Source: an uncultured Chloroflexia bacterium
GTDB lineage: Bacteria; Chloroflexota; Dehalococcoidia; GIF9; UBA5629
Length of the DNA stretch: 64,000 bases
Reading direction: 5' to 3'
Assembly (NCBI GenBank): GCA_963752975.1
Contig: CAVWAG010000004.1
Span: forward strand, 87,660-151,659
The notes under the pieces are model-generated. The model had not been told where the DNA came from and did not search any database. It worked only from the letters and a program-made list of their open reading frames with translations. Below, one piece after another: positions 36,499 to 44,637 of this stretch. Both the position numbers and the translations under genes were made by a program. Each line of letters begins with the position of its first letter. Within the stretch, counting starts at the first letter, position 1.

Positions 36499-38097
36499 TT
36501 ATTTCAGTTTGCGCAACTCAGCCCTGAGCATTTTACCCAGTACATTCTTGGGTAGAGCGTCGATAAACTGCACCTGCCTGGGAGTTTTAAACTTTGGCAA
36601 TGATTTGCTGCAATACTCGATGATCTCTTGCTCGCTGTACCTTTCCCCCGGCTTAAGTACCACGAAGGCCTTGATCTCCTCTCCATAAACGCGGTCTGCC
36701 ACTCCGACACAGCACGCTTCAGCCACCCCGGGATGGCTGGATAGGACATCCTCGACCTCTTTGGGAGATATGTTTTCGCCGCCTCGTATAATGAGGTCTT
36801 TTTTACGGTCGGTTATATAGAAATAGCCGTCCTCGTCCCTGTGGCCGATATCACCGGTATGCAGCCAGCCTTTCTTGAGGGTCTCCGCTGTCTCTTCCGG
36901 CAGGTTCCAGTACCCTTTCATAACAGCCGCTCCTTTAATCACCAGCTCACCGGTAGCACCGGCCGGCAGTTCACGGTCATTATTATCGAAGACGCTCATC
37001 TTGTTACAGGCCAGCATGTTTATGCCTATTGAGCCATACTTTGGCGGGGCTGATCCCGGGTTGCCTGACGTGGTAGCCCCCGACTCAGTCATGCCCCAAC
37101 CCTCGTCGATGTGCACACCGACCTTCTCCTTCCACTTGAGGCCGACACCCGGATCAAGCGCGGCGGCACCGCAGGCACAGAACTTGAGCGACGACAGGTC
37201 GTATTTATCCAGGTCCGGGTAGTCCAGCAGGTGTACATACATAGTAGGCACAAAGGCAACATAGCCTATTTTCAGCTCCTGTATCAGCCTCAGGGCTTCC
37301 GCCGGGTTCCACCACTTCATCACGGCGAACCTCCCGCCTATCAGGGCGCCGAAGTTCAGGAAAGCGATACCATACGAGTGGGAAAGAGGTAACACTGCCA
37401 GGAACAGTATATTCCGGTTGGACCCGGTCACCATCTGCTCCTCTTCCACCATCCTGTGAGTTTTTTCATCCATCTGCCGTACTATATTACTCACAGTGGT
37501 GGGTGCACAAAGGAACTGGAAATCGGCAAAGCAGACCGCGTTTATCCAGAGCGTGTAATGGGTGTGCATTACACCTTTGGGATTGCCCGTTGTGCCGGAG
37601 GTATAAATCAGGGCTGCCAGGTCGTCATTATCCATGTCCTCGATGCGGCACTCGCCGCTGCTATCCTTTAGCAGCTTGCTGTAATACAGCGTCTCCGGCA
37701 CGTCGGTTTTATCAATGAGCAAGATATGCTTCAGATCAGGGGCATTTTCCTGGGCAGTGCGGACCCAGGGCAGAAAATCCGAGGTGGTGATGGTCACTTT
37801 GGCGCCGCAGTCCTTGTAAATATATGATATCTGGTCAGGTTTGAGTATAGGATTCATCGGGACTATGACTGCACCTATCCTGTAGACTGCGTTGAATGCC
37901 ACAAATATCTCGATACAATTAGGTAATTGCGTAACTACACGGTCGCCCTTCCTTACGCCCAGCGACTTCAAGGCATTGCCGAGGCGGCTGGCCATCCTGT
38001 TCAATTCTGCATTGGTATACCATCTGCCCTCAAAATAGCAGGCTTCGTATTCCCCGAATTTCCGCAACCCGTCTTCATACAAGTTAGCCAGGTTCAT
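36499..38097 (-). CDS. AMP-dependent synthetase/ligase (acyl-CoA synthetase family)
   Basis: 532 aa with YTSGTTGNPKGV, WGMTE, GDIGHRDEDGYFYITDRKKDLI and KNVLGKMLRAELR motifs. Confidence 0.9.
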   Translation of the reverse strand: MNLANLYEDGLRKFGEYEACYFEGRWYTNAELNRMASRLGNALKSLGVRKGDRVVTQLPNCIEIFVAFNAVYRIGAVIVPMNPILKPDQISYIYKDCGAKVTITTSDFLPWVRTAQENAPDLKHILLIDKTDVPETLYYSKLLKDSSGECRIEDMDNDDLAALIYTSGTTGNPKGVMHTHYTLWINAVCFADFQFLCAPTTVSNIVRQMDEKTHRMVEEEQMVTGSNRNILFLAVLPLSHSYGIAFLNFGALIGGRFAVMKWWNPAEALRLIQELKIGYVAFVPTMYVHLLDYPDLDKYDLSSLKFCACGAAALDPGVGLKWKEKVGVHIDEGWGMTESGATTSGNPGSAPPKYGSIGINMLACNKMSVFDNNDRELPAGATGELVIKGAAVMKGYWNLPEETAETLKKGWLHTGDIGHRDEDGYFYITDRKKDLIIRGGENISPKEVEDVLSSHPGVAEACCVGVADRVYGEEIKAFVVLKPGERYSEQEIIEYCSKSLPKFKTPRQVQFIDALPKNVLGKMLRAELRKLK

Positions 38098-38190
38098 CAG
38101 CTTCCCTCCATAAAAAATTTATATGAAGTAACATCGAACAGCCAGCCTTCACCGAAATCCTCACCCTTTGATTTAAATTATTCATAAATG

Positions 38191-38219
38191 AATAAATGAC
38201 TGACCGCCAGTCATTTATT
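38191..38219. promoter_or_regulatory. AT-rich perfect 12-bp inverted repeat (AATAAATGACTG-N5-CAGTCATTTATT)
   Basis: Lies between the SDR stop and the ligase start on the minus strand. It could be an operator or a weak terminator. Confidence 0.3.
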
Positions 38220-38259
38220 TTAACACCCCGGTGATTTTGTCAAGCCCCCGCCCGTGCTT

Positions 38260-39033
38260 TTATCCAAGTTCTCTGAGCAGCGGTATTGCCCACCACTGCC
38301 ATACGGGCGCTACGTAGCGCCGTTTGGGTCTCTTATCCTCAACAGCTCTGACAATCTGCCGGGCTATGCTGGCCGTATCCTTCAGCTCTGACCTTATGAT
38401 CATAGACTCCGATTTCTTGATAATGTCCATGTGCCCCTTGTAAAGTACGCTGGAATCTATCCATTCGTATTTCTTGCCTATGTTCTTCTGGTTGAAATCT
38501 GTGTGGTAGCCCCCGGGATTGACCATGACAACGTCGATGCCAAACGGTTTCAACTCTGTGCGCAGAGAAAATGCCACGCTCTCAAGCGCGAACTTCGACA
38601 TACCGTAAGGAGCCAGGAAAGGGGTGGGCATGAGCCCGGCCATTGAGCCGATGAATATGATCCTTCCATTTTGCCTCTCAGCCATTCGGGGAATAAATCT
38701 GCGGGTAAGCTCCAGGGCGCCGAAAACGTTTACGTCCAGGACACGTTTGACCCTCTCAAGGTCAATCTCGGCCAGCGGCCCGGAATCGCCGATCGCGGCA
38801 TTATTTATCAGAACGTCTATGTCCCACTGGCCGGCTTTTTGCCTGTCTGCCGCATCCGTAACATCGATCTTCTCGACAGTCACGTTCGCTTTATTTTCCC
38901 CCAACGCGGCCCTGACGCTCTCAATCGACGCCACATTGTGCACGGTTGCATAGATGGTGTGCCCTCTGGCAGCCAGGCGCCGGGCGGCATCAAGCCCGAT
39001 TCCACCCCTGCATCCGGTTATCAATATTTTCAT
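38260..39033 (-). CDS. SDR family oxidoreductase
   Basis: 257 aa with the TGCRGGIG (TGxxxGxG) and NNAA motifs. Confidence 0.85.
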   Translation of the reverse strand: MKILITGCRGGIGLDAARRLAARGHTIYATVHNVASIESVRAALGENKANVTVEKIDVTDAADRQKAGQWDIDVLINNAAIGDSGPLAEIDLERVKRVLDVNVFGALELTRRFIPRMAERQNGRIIFIGSMAGLMPTPFLAPYGMSKFALESVAFSLRTELKPFGIDVVMVNPGGYHTDFNQKNIGKKYEWIDSSVLYKGHMDIIKKSESMIIRSELKDTASIARQIVRAVEDKRPKRRYVAPVWQWWAIPLLRELG

Positions 39034-39217
39034 GTCATTTTCTCCCTCACTCTTTTTTCTACATCAGCCCGGGATATATGCTCGCGTCTTTCCGCAACCG
39101 GCTCATCATGATAGATAAAAGTCCGAACTCCCGCCGTCTTCGATGGGTTTCTTCAATTATAGTTCGCGCTGTTGTCATTTTCGTAATGTTGTACTAAAAT
39201 GATCTCACGTCAGCATA

Positions 39218-39237
39218 TCGAACATTTGATAGATTAG
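39218..39237 (+). promoter_or_regulatory. conserved 20-nt motif TCGAACATTTGATAGATTAG upstream of the 39313 gene
   Basis: 19/20 (18 contiguous) identical to the reverse complement of 42391-42410. It contains the half-site AACATTTG and a possible -35 (TTGATA) followed 16 nt later by TAAATT. Confidence 0.5.
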
Positions 39238-39312
39238 CAATTCCTCTTAAATTGGTCAAGCGGTTCAGTTGGCTTCATATATGCCCAAATAATTTTCAGG
39301 AGGGCCGTTTAT

Positions 39313-40512
39313 ATGGCGAAGAAAGCGTCGGAGCTAAGCGCAATAGACAGGGAAATTTGCACGAATCTCCTGAAATGGATGTGCACATCGTGGTATAGCC
39401 AGCCCATCACCGACAATTCCATCATGATGATTGCCTACCGCTACACCCCTGAGGAAGCAGACTATCTGACGGGCTTCCCTCTCTCGCCAAAAACAGTCGA
39501 GGAGCTTGCCGGTTTCAAGAATACGGGAATTGACGAACTCACGAAAAAAATTGACGAGATGACCAGGAAAGGTCTGCTGTACAGTTTCACGAAAAATGAC
39601 AAGCGTTATTACCTCTTGAACGAAATCTATACGAGCCTGCGCACGTGGGGATGGCCAGGGCCGGCCGCCACTCCTGAAAACAAAGCTTTCGCCACATTGA
39701 TGGAAAGCTGGGGACCGGAGTTCATGGCACCCTGGGAATACGTCAAAGAGAAGGGACTGCGCGTGATACCCATCCAGCAAACCGTGGAAGATGACAGGCG
39801 GATACTGCCCTATGAAGATGTCAAGAAGATGCTCGATTCTTACACATATTTCTGCGTCACGCATTGTGGCTGCCGCGAGCGAAAAAACCTGGCCGAGCAC
39901 ACTCCCGATTGCAAGTACCCGTCGAGTGTCTGCCTGCACTTTGACCGCCTGGCCCATTACATCGTAGAAAACGGCATGGGGCGGGAGATCACCAGGCAGG
40001 AGGCGGCCGATATACTGCGCCAGTGTGCCGACCTTGGCCTGGTGCACGGCATTAGTAACCAGCAGATGGGCACAGACACGATCTGTAATTGCTGCAGTTG
40101 CTGCTGCATGTGGTTTGATGGGTTACGCCAGCTCAAGAATGGCGGGACCATTAACCCTTCGAACTACCGTATCCATACTGAAGATCTTACATGTACCGGC
40201 TGCGGGCTATGCGTGAAACGCTGCCCCATGGACGCACTGAAACTAAAAGATGCTCCCGATGCAAGGGGTAGAAAAACCATGGTGGCCGGAGAAGGCGGGA
40301 AGGAGAAGTCCCTCATCAATAAAACCGGGAAGCTGGCATCTGCTAACACCAACCTGTGCATCGGCTGCGGCGTTTGCGCCTACAAGTGCCCTTCAAAGTC
40401 GTTGACCCTCGTGCGCAACGAGACCGAGCATCATCCGCCCCAAACCGATCGCGACTGGGTAATCCAGTATGTGACCGACACCGCCGGCTTCCGTCACAGC
40501 GACAATACGTGA
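39313..40512 (+). CDS. 4Fe-4S dicluster domain protein with an additional Cys-rich motif
   Basis: 399 aa with two CxxCxxCxxxCP motifs (CTGCGLCVKRCP, CIGCGVCAYKCP) plus HCGCRERK and CNCCSCCC. Confidence 0.7.
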   Translation: MAKKASELSAIDREICTNLLKWMCTSWYSQPITDNSIMMIAYRYTPEEADYLTGFPLSPKTVEELAGFKNTGIDELTKKIDEMTRKGLLYSFTKNDKRYYLLNEIYTSLRTWGWPGPAATPENKAFATLMESWGPEFMAPWEYVKEKGLRVIPIQQTVEDDRRILPYEDVKKMLDSYTYFCVTHCGCRERKNLAEHTPDCKYPSSVCLHFDRLAHYIVENGMGREITRQEAADILRQCADLGLVHGISNQQMGTDTICNCCSCCCMWFDGLRQLKNGGTINPSNYRIHTEDLTCTGCGLCVKRCPMDALKLKDAPDARGRKTMVAGEGGKEKSLINKTGKLASANTNLCIGCGVCAYKCPSKSLTLVRNETEHHPPQTDRDWVIQYVTDTAGFRHSDNT

Positions 40513-40610
40513 TGCATACCTCGGAATAGGACTGCTTGTTAAAAATATGCCTGACGGAGATGGTTTGGGAAACATCCGGTAATAAAACAAAGATACAGAT
40601 AAAGGAGTAA

Positions 40611-40760
40611 ATGATGGCATCAAAATGCGCAACTTGCCCGATGAAGAAGAAAGCCGAGGAGAATCCACAGGCGATCATGAGTAAGATCTGGAAATGGCAT
40701 ACCACCTGGTGCCCGGGATGGAAGGCCTACCAGAAGGAACTGGCCAAAAACGCAAAATAA
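40611..40760 (+). CDS. 49-aa Cys-containing small protein (hypothetical)
   Basis: Not in the supplied track. AAAGGAG RBS. Sequence MMASKCATCPMKKKAEENPQAIMSKIWKWHTTWCPGWKAYQKELAKNAK (CxxC plus WCPGW). Confidence 0.4.
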   Translation: MMASKCATCPMKKKAEENPQAIMSKIWKWHTTWCPGWKAYQKELAKNAK

Positions 40761-40811
40761 GAGTAGCCAAACTTAATCGAAAGCAACGGTAACTCAATAG
40801 ACAGGAGGTGC

Positions 40812-41282
40812 ATGATGAAATTCGTGCCTCTTTTACCTGAAACACAAAATGATTACAAGGGGCATAAAGCAATAATAGTTGTTGCTGCATTGCTTGCTCT
40901 TGTGGCAACTGTCCGTTCTTTGATTCACATATTCTTGCCTGATGGTGGTTCTAATGCGATAGCCGGTCTGGCAATTCCGGGGGATGCCAACAGCGCAGTC
41001 ATCTTCACTTTTGCCTGGACCGGGCTATATCAATTGCTGTTTGCAATCATACTGTGGATCGTTTTAATTCGCTACAGGGCTTTGATTCCTTTAATGATCC
41101 TCTTGCTGTTTTTTGAAGAACTCGGTTTATTCCTCATACCCATATTCAAACCCATTGCATCAAGCTTGTTAACACGAACTCCGCCAGAGGTAATAGGGAA
41201 TAAGGTGTTGCTGCCACTGACACTGATACTATTCTTCGTATCCCTAATTCCTGCACCTGAGCGTAAGAGCAAAGCAGCCTGA
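40812..41282 (+). CDS. hypothetical membrane protein (about 4 TM)
   Basis: 156 aa with hydrophobic segments and an AGGAGGTG RBS. No family recognised. Confidence 0.55.
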   Translation: MMKFVPLLPETQNDYKGHKAIIVVAALLALVATVRSLIHIFLPDGGSNAIAGLAIPGDANSAVIFTFAWTGLYQLLFAIILWIVLIRYRALIPLMILLLFFEELGLFLIPIFKPIASSLLTRTPPEVIGNKVLLPLTLILFFVSLIPAPERKSKAA

Positions 41283-41372
41283 TAGAGGTCCATCAAATGC
41301 TGTGGGCAGACCGATACCATAGGTGCGGATGAATTCGAAGGTAACTTTTATCCCACTCTCCCCGCATTATTG

Positions 41373-42269
41373 CTATAATGGTGTGCGCTCAATGAACTTC
41401 ATTATCTGTTCCGCTACCTCCTCGCCCTTATCTTCCTGCAGGAAGTGCCCGGCATCCTTTATGGTTATTTCGGGCTGATCCTTGGCTGTAGGGATGATGT
41501 GGCGGAAGAATCCGTCCCCACCTGCTGTGACCGGGTCCTTATCGGAGAACATCACCAGCACCGGCTTTTGCCAGGTCTTCAAGATATTTCTGGCATCGTT
41601 CATGATCGCGGCGCCCGGGTCATCACGGCTTATGGGTACCAGCAAAGGCCATTTCGCGGCACCGGCCATGTATTTTTCATCGGGGAAAGGCGCGTAATAC
41701 GCCGCCTTGATTTCAGGCGCTAATTTCTGGGCAAATCCCATACTAAACGAGATATCCAGCAGTTTCTTCGGCTCTTTCTCGCCCATCTTGTCAGCCGCCG
41801 CCCTCCACTGCATAAAAGCGTCGGGAACATTATCGCCGTTGGGCAGGCCGGTATTCATGATCACCAGCCTGACAAAGCGGTCTTTCAAGATAGTGGCAAC
41901 GGGCAACCCGATAAGCCCGCCCCAGTCCTGGCATACCAGTGTAATATTGCGCAGGTCCAGCTTCTCTATGAAGCTCTTCAACGTCTCGAAATGCATTTTA
42001 ACGGAGTATTCATCCCGCTCCGTATATTTATCCGACTTTCCAAAGCCTACGAAGTCCATGGCAACCGCCCTGTGCTTCTTTACAAAGATGTTGATCATCT
42101 TGCGATACAGGTATGACCATGACGGCTCACCGTGGGCACACAAAATGGGGTCGCCTTTACCCTCATCCACATAGTGGATCCGCATCCCCTTTATATCCAT
42201 GTAATGCGGCTTGTATGGATAGCCCGGTAAATTGGTAAACCTTTCGTCCGGTGTCCTGATGACTGGCAT
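41373..42269 (-). CDS. haloalkane dehalogenase, HLD-I / DhlA-like (alpha/beta hydrolase)
   Basis: 298 aa from the ATG at 42269 (AGGAGGT RBS). It matches Xanthobacter DhlA segments recalled from memory: IRTPDERF.NL, HGEPSWSYLYRKMI, GFGKSDK, LDLRNITLVCQDWGG, DAGHF. Confidence 0.8.
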   Translation of the reverse strand: MPVIRTPDERFTNLPGYPYKPHYMDIKGMRIHYVDEGKGDPILCAHGEPSWSYLYRKMINIFVKKHRAVAMDFVGFGKSDKYTERDEYSVKMHFETLKSFIEKLDLRNITLVCQDWGGLIGLPVATILKDRFVRLVIMNTGLPNGDNVPDAFMQWRAAADKMGEKEPKKLLDISFSMGFAQKLAPEIKAAYYAPFPDEKYMAGAAKWPLLVPISRDDPGAAIMNDARNILKTWQKPVLVMFSDKDPVTAGGDGFFRHIIPTAKDQPEITIKDAGHFLQEDKGEEVAEQIMKFIERTPL

Positions 42270-42390
42270 GTTACCTCCTATCCTGTGAGTTAATTTTTCG
42301 CCGGCCCTGCGGGATGAACTGGACCATCCTGTCCATACCACAGATTTTTCACTGCTTTATACTTGCATTTGACTAAATTTTATAAATAGT

Positions 42391-42423
42391 CTAATCTATC
42401 AAATGTTCAATATCTAACATTTG
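42391..42423. promoter_or_regulatory. candidate operator: perfect inverted repeat CAAATGTT-N8-AACATTTG overlapping the conserved 20-nt motif
   Basis: IR at 42400-42423, with motif 42391-42410 matching 39218-39237 in reverse complement. It lies in the dehalogenase/TetR divergent region. Possible TTGACT (42369-42374)-17 nt-TAATCT (42392-42397) promoter. Confidence 0.5.
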
Positions 42424-42441
42424 TTCGATGATAGTAACATT

Positions 42442-43071
42442 ATGAAAACCGGATTGTCAACTGTAAGAACGTTTAGCCCGAATAACGGCCTGGTTGAGGA
42501 GAGGCGCCGACAGATCATCCAGGCGGCTTTCCGTCTTATTGCCGCCAGGGGCATTCAGAAAACCAGCATCAGGGAAATCGCCGCTGCCAGTGAAATGACC
42601 ATCGGCAACCTCTATCACTACATCGGAACACGCGAGGATATTATTTTCCTGGCTATTAACTACGGCCTGGACCAGGTCCGCAAATTGATCAAGGAAATAA
42701 ATGATCTGTGTGAAACCCTTGAGCCGAGGGAAGCGCTCAAGGCTGCTATAGACCGCTACATGAGGTATCACCACGCCAATTGGGAAGGCACCGTTTTTCT
42801 TTATAAAGAGATGGGCAGTTTTTCACCATCCTTGCGCTTGCCTGTGATCGAAGTGAATTCACACATGCACGATGTGTTCATCCGCATCCTGAAGAAGGGT
42901 TGCAAGACCGGTGTGTTTGCAGTAACCGATATTGAGCTGGTGGCCAGCACGATTGTTTCCATGGGTGATATGTGGGCGTTAAAACGCTGGCAATTTAAAA
43001 AGAACTACACGCTGGACAGGTATATAGACAGCTTTACTCAAATGATTCTGGCGTTAATTAGCTGTACTTAA
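42442..43071 (+). CDS. TetR/AcrR family transcriptional regulator
   Basis: HTH signature IIQAAFRLIAARGIQKTSIREIAAASEMTIGNLYHYIGTREDII. The ATG at 42442 is preferred over the TTG at 42421, but the start is uncertain. Confidence 0.85.
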   Translation: MKTGLSTVRTFSPNNGLVEERRRQIIQAAFRLIAARGIQKTSIREIAAASEMTIGNLYHYIGTREDIIFLAINYGLDQVRKLIKEINDLCETLEPREALKAAIDRYMRYHHANWEGTVFLYKEMGSFSPSLRLPVIEVNSHMHDVFIRILKKGCKTGVFAVTDIELVASTIVSMGDMWALKRWQFKKNYTLDRYIDSFTQMILALISCT

Positions 43072-43100
43072 AATAATATATTATCCAGGAGGTCTCTTTA

Positions 43101-44516
43101 ATGCCGAGTTTAGAGGAAAACATCAAGGATTTCGCCAAAAAAGCCGGCGCGGCGCTGGTGGGTGTTGCCGGGCCCGACCGTATGGATGGTCCAGCTTCGC
43201 TCGACCCTGGCTTTATCATGCGTGGCGCTAAATCCATTGTATCCATAGCGCTGCCACTGGATGTCAATGCTATCTACGAATTTTTCGGCAAGATATCCCC
43301 GGTGCCGCATAATATCGACCAGGCCATTAAAAACCAGCGTGCGCACCGTATCGGCACGGAGATCGCCGAATATATTAGCAGCCTGGGATATAAGGCAAAG
43401 GTAGTTCCCCCCAATAATACCTATCGCCGCAGCATAGACCCATTTATGGTAAGGCCCACTTTTTCTCACCGCTTTGGAGGTCTTGTGGCCGGCCTGGGCA
43501 GTTTCGGGCTATCGGGCAACCTGGTTACCAAAGAGTACGGCGCCTGCATCGTACTGGATACGGTTGTTACCAACGCCAAACTCAAATCCGACCCGGTACA
43601 GCCGGCGCGCTTCGTCATGGACAACCGCTGTAAGACCTGCAAGCTATGCGATAAATCATGTACCATGGGCATGTTCAGGGATGATGATGAAGAATACCTG
43701 CTCATCAACGGCGAGTTACATGCCCGGGGCAAGCGCGATAACCTTGATTTCTGCAACGCCCCCTGTTTTGGGTTGCACGCCCTATCCAGGGATAAGAAAT
43801 GGACCAACTGGGGTCAGCACTGGATAAAGGAATGGATGGATGAACAACCTGACCCCAGCAAGAGGGAGGAAATACGGTCAACTTATATGCGGGTGGGCGG
43901 CAGAACCGGCGACAGCACGCTGCGCTTCGATGTCATCAGGCACGTTGCCAGGGACCTCTATCCCAGGGGCAAAGTCGAGGATTTTCTGCCCGATTACCAG
44001 CACCTGCCCAGGGATGAAGAAGGACGCCGGCAGATTATGCTTACTCTCTATGCAAACATGGGGTTCAAAGGGCTGGAAAGAGACCCCAACCTCATAACCT
44101 GCTCGCAATGCATGATGGTCTGCGGTTGGGACTTCGATGAAACCAAGAAACGCTACGACATGCTCACCAGCAGCGGATACGTGGTGCCTGACCCTGACTG
44201 GAAAATGATCCATGTGGATACCTACGAGGAGGCCCTCGCGCTCAAGGAGAAATACAAGCGCCGTGTACACCCGGCGGAGATGATAAAAGACGCACAGGCA
44301 TCAGGCAAGCTGTGGTTCAAGAACTACTTCGGCTATGAGCCCATCGGTGAGTTCAAAGACCTCATCTACCGCATTAAGGTCAAAAATGCCTGTGCCAAGG
44401 CCGGACTGAAGGGCAAGGAGGCGCTGGCGCCCCTATTGATCAATCCTTCGTATCTGTCAGCAATGATACTGCCGCCCAAGAAAAAGAGAAAAAAGAATCC
44501 CGTCACCAGCAGCTAA
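43101..44516 (+). CDS. QueG/RdhA-superfamily Fe-S protein, long form (paralogue of 24219-25598)
   Basis: 471 aa, collinear and highly similar by eye to the 459-aa copy. CKTCKLCDKSC motif and a lysine-rich tail. AGGAGG RBS. Confidence 0.65.
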   Translation: MPSLEENIKDFAKKAGAALVGVAGPDRMDGPASLDPGFIMRGAKSIVSIALPLDVNAIYEFFGKISPVPHNIDQAIKNQRAHRIGTEIAEYISSLGYKAKVVPPNNTYRRSIDPFMVRPTFSHRFGGLVAGLGSFGLSGNLVTKEYGACIVLDTVVTNAKLKSDPVQPARFVMDNRCKTCKLCDKSCTMGMFRDDDEEYLLINGELHARGKRDNLDFCNAPCFGLHALSRDKKWTNWGQHWIKEWMDEQPDPSKREEIRSTYMRVGGRTGDSTLRFDVIRHVARDLYPRGKVEDFLPDYQHLPRDEEGRRQIMLTLYANMGFKGLERDPNLITCSQCMMVCGWDFDETKKRYDMLTSSGYVVPDPDWKMIHVDTYEEALALKEKYKRRVHPAEMIKDAQASGKLWFKNYFGYEPIGEFKDLIYRIKVKNACAKAGLKGKEALAPLLINPSYLSAMILPPKKKRKKNPVTSS

Positions 44517-44572
44517 AATACCGATACGCTAAGACGCGGGGAAAGGTCTTGAGATCTGGTCCCGTTAACTAC

Positions 44573-44581
44573 TGGTATAAT
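44573..44581 (+). promoter_or_regulatory. candidate extended -10 promoter element TGgTATAAT
   Basis: TG at 44573-44574 and TATAAT at 44576-44581, about 55 nt upstream of the 44638 start. No good -35. Confidence 0.35.
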
Positions 44582-44637
44582 TGGCTATCATTACAGGTAA
44601 TTTAATAATTCATTTGTAGCAAGAGGAGGATAAAGTT

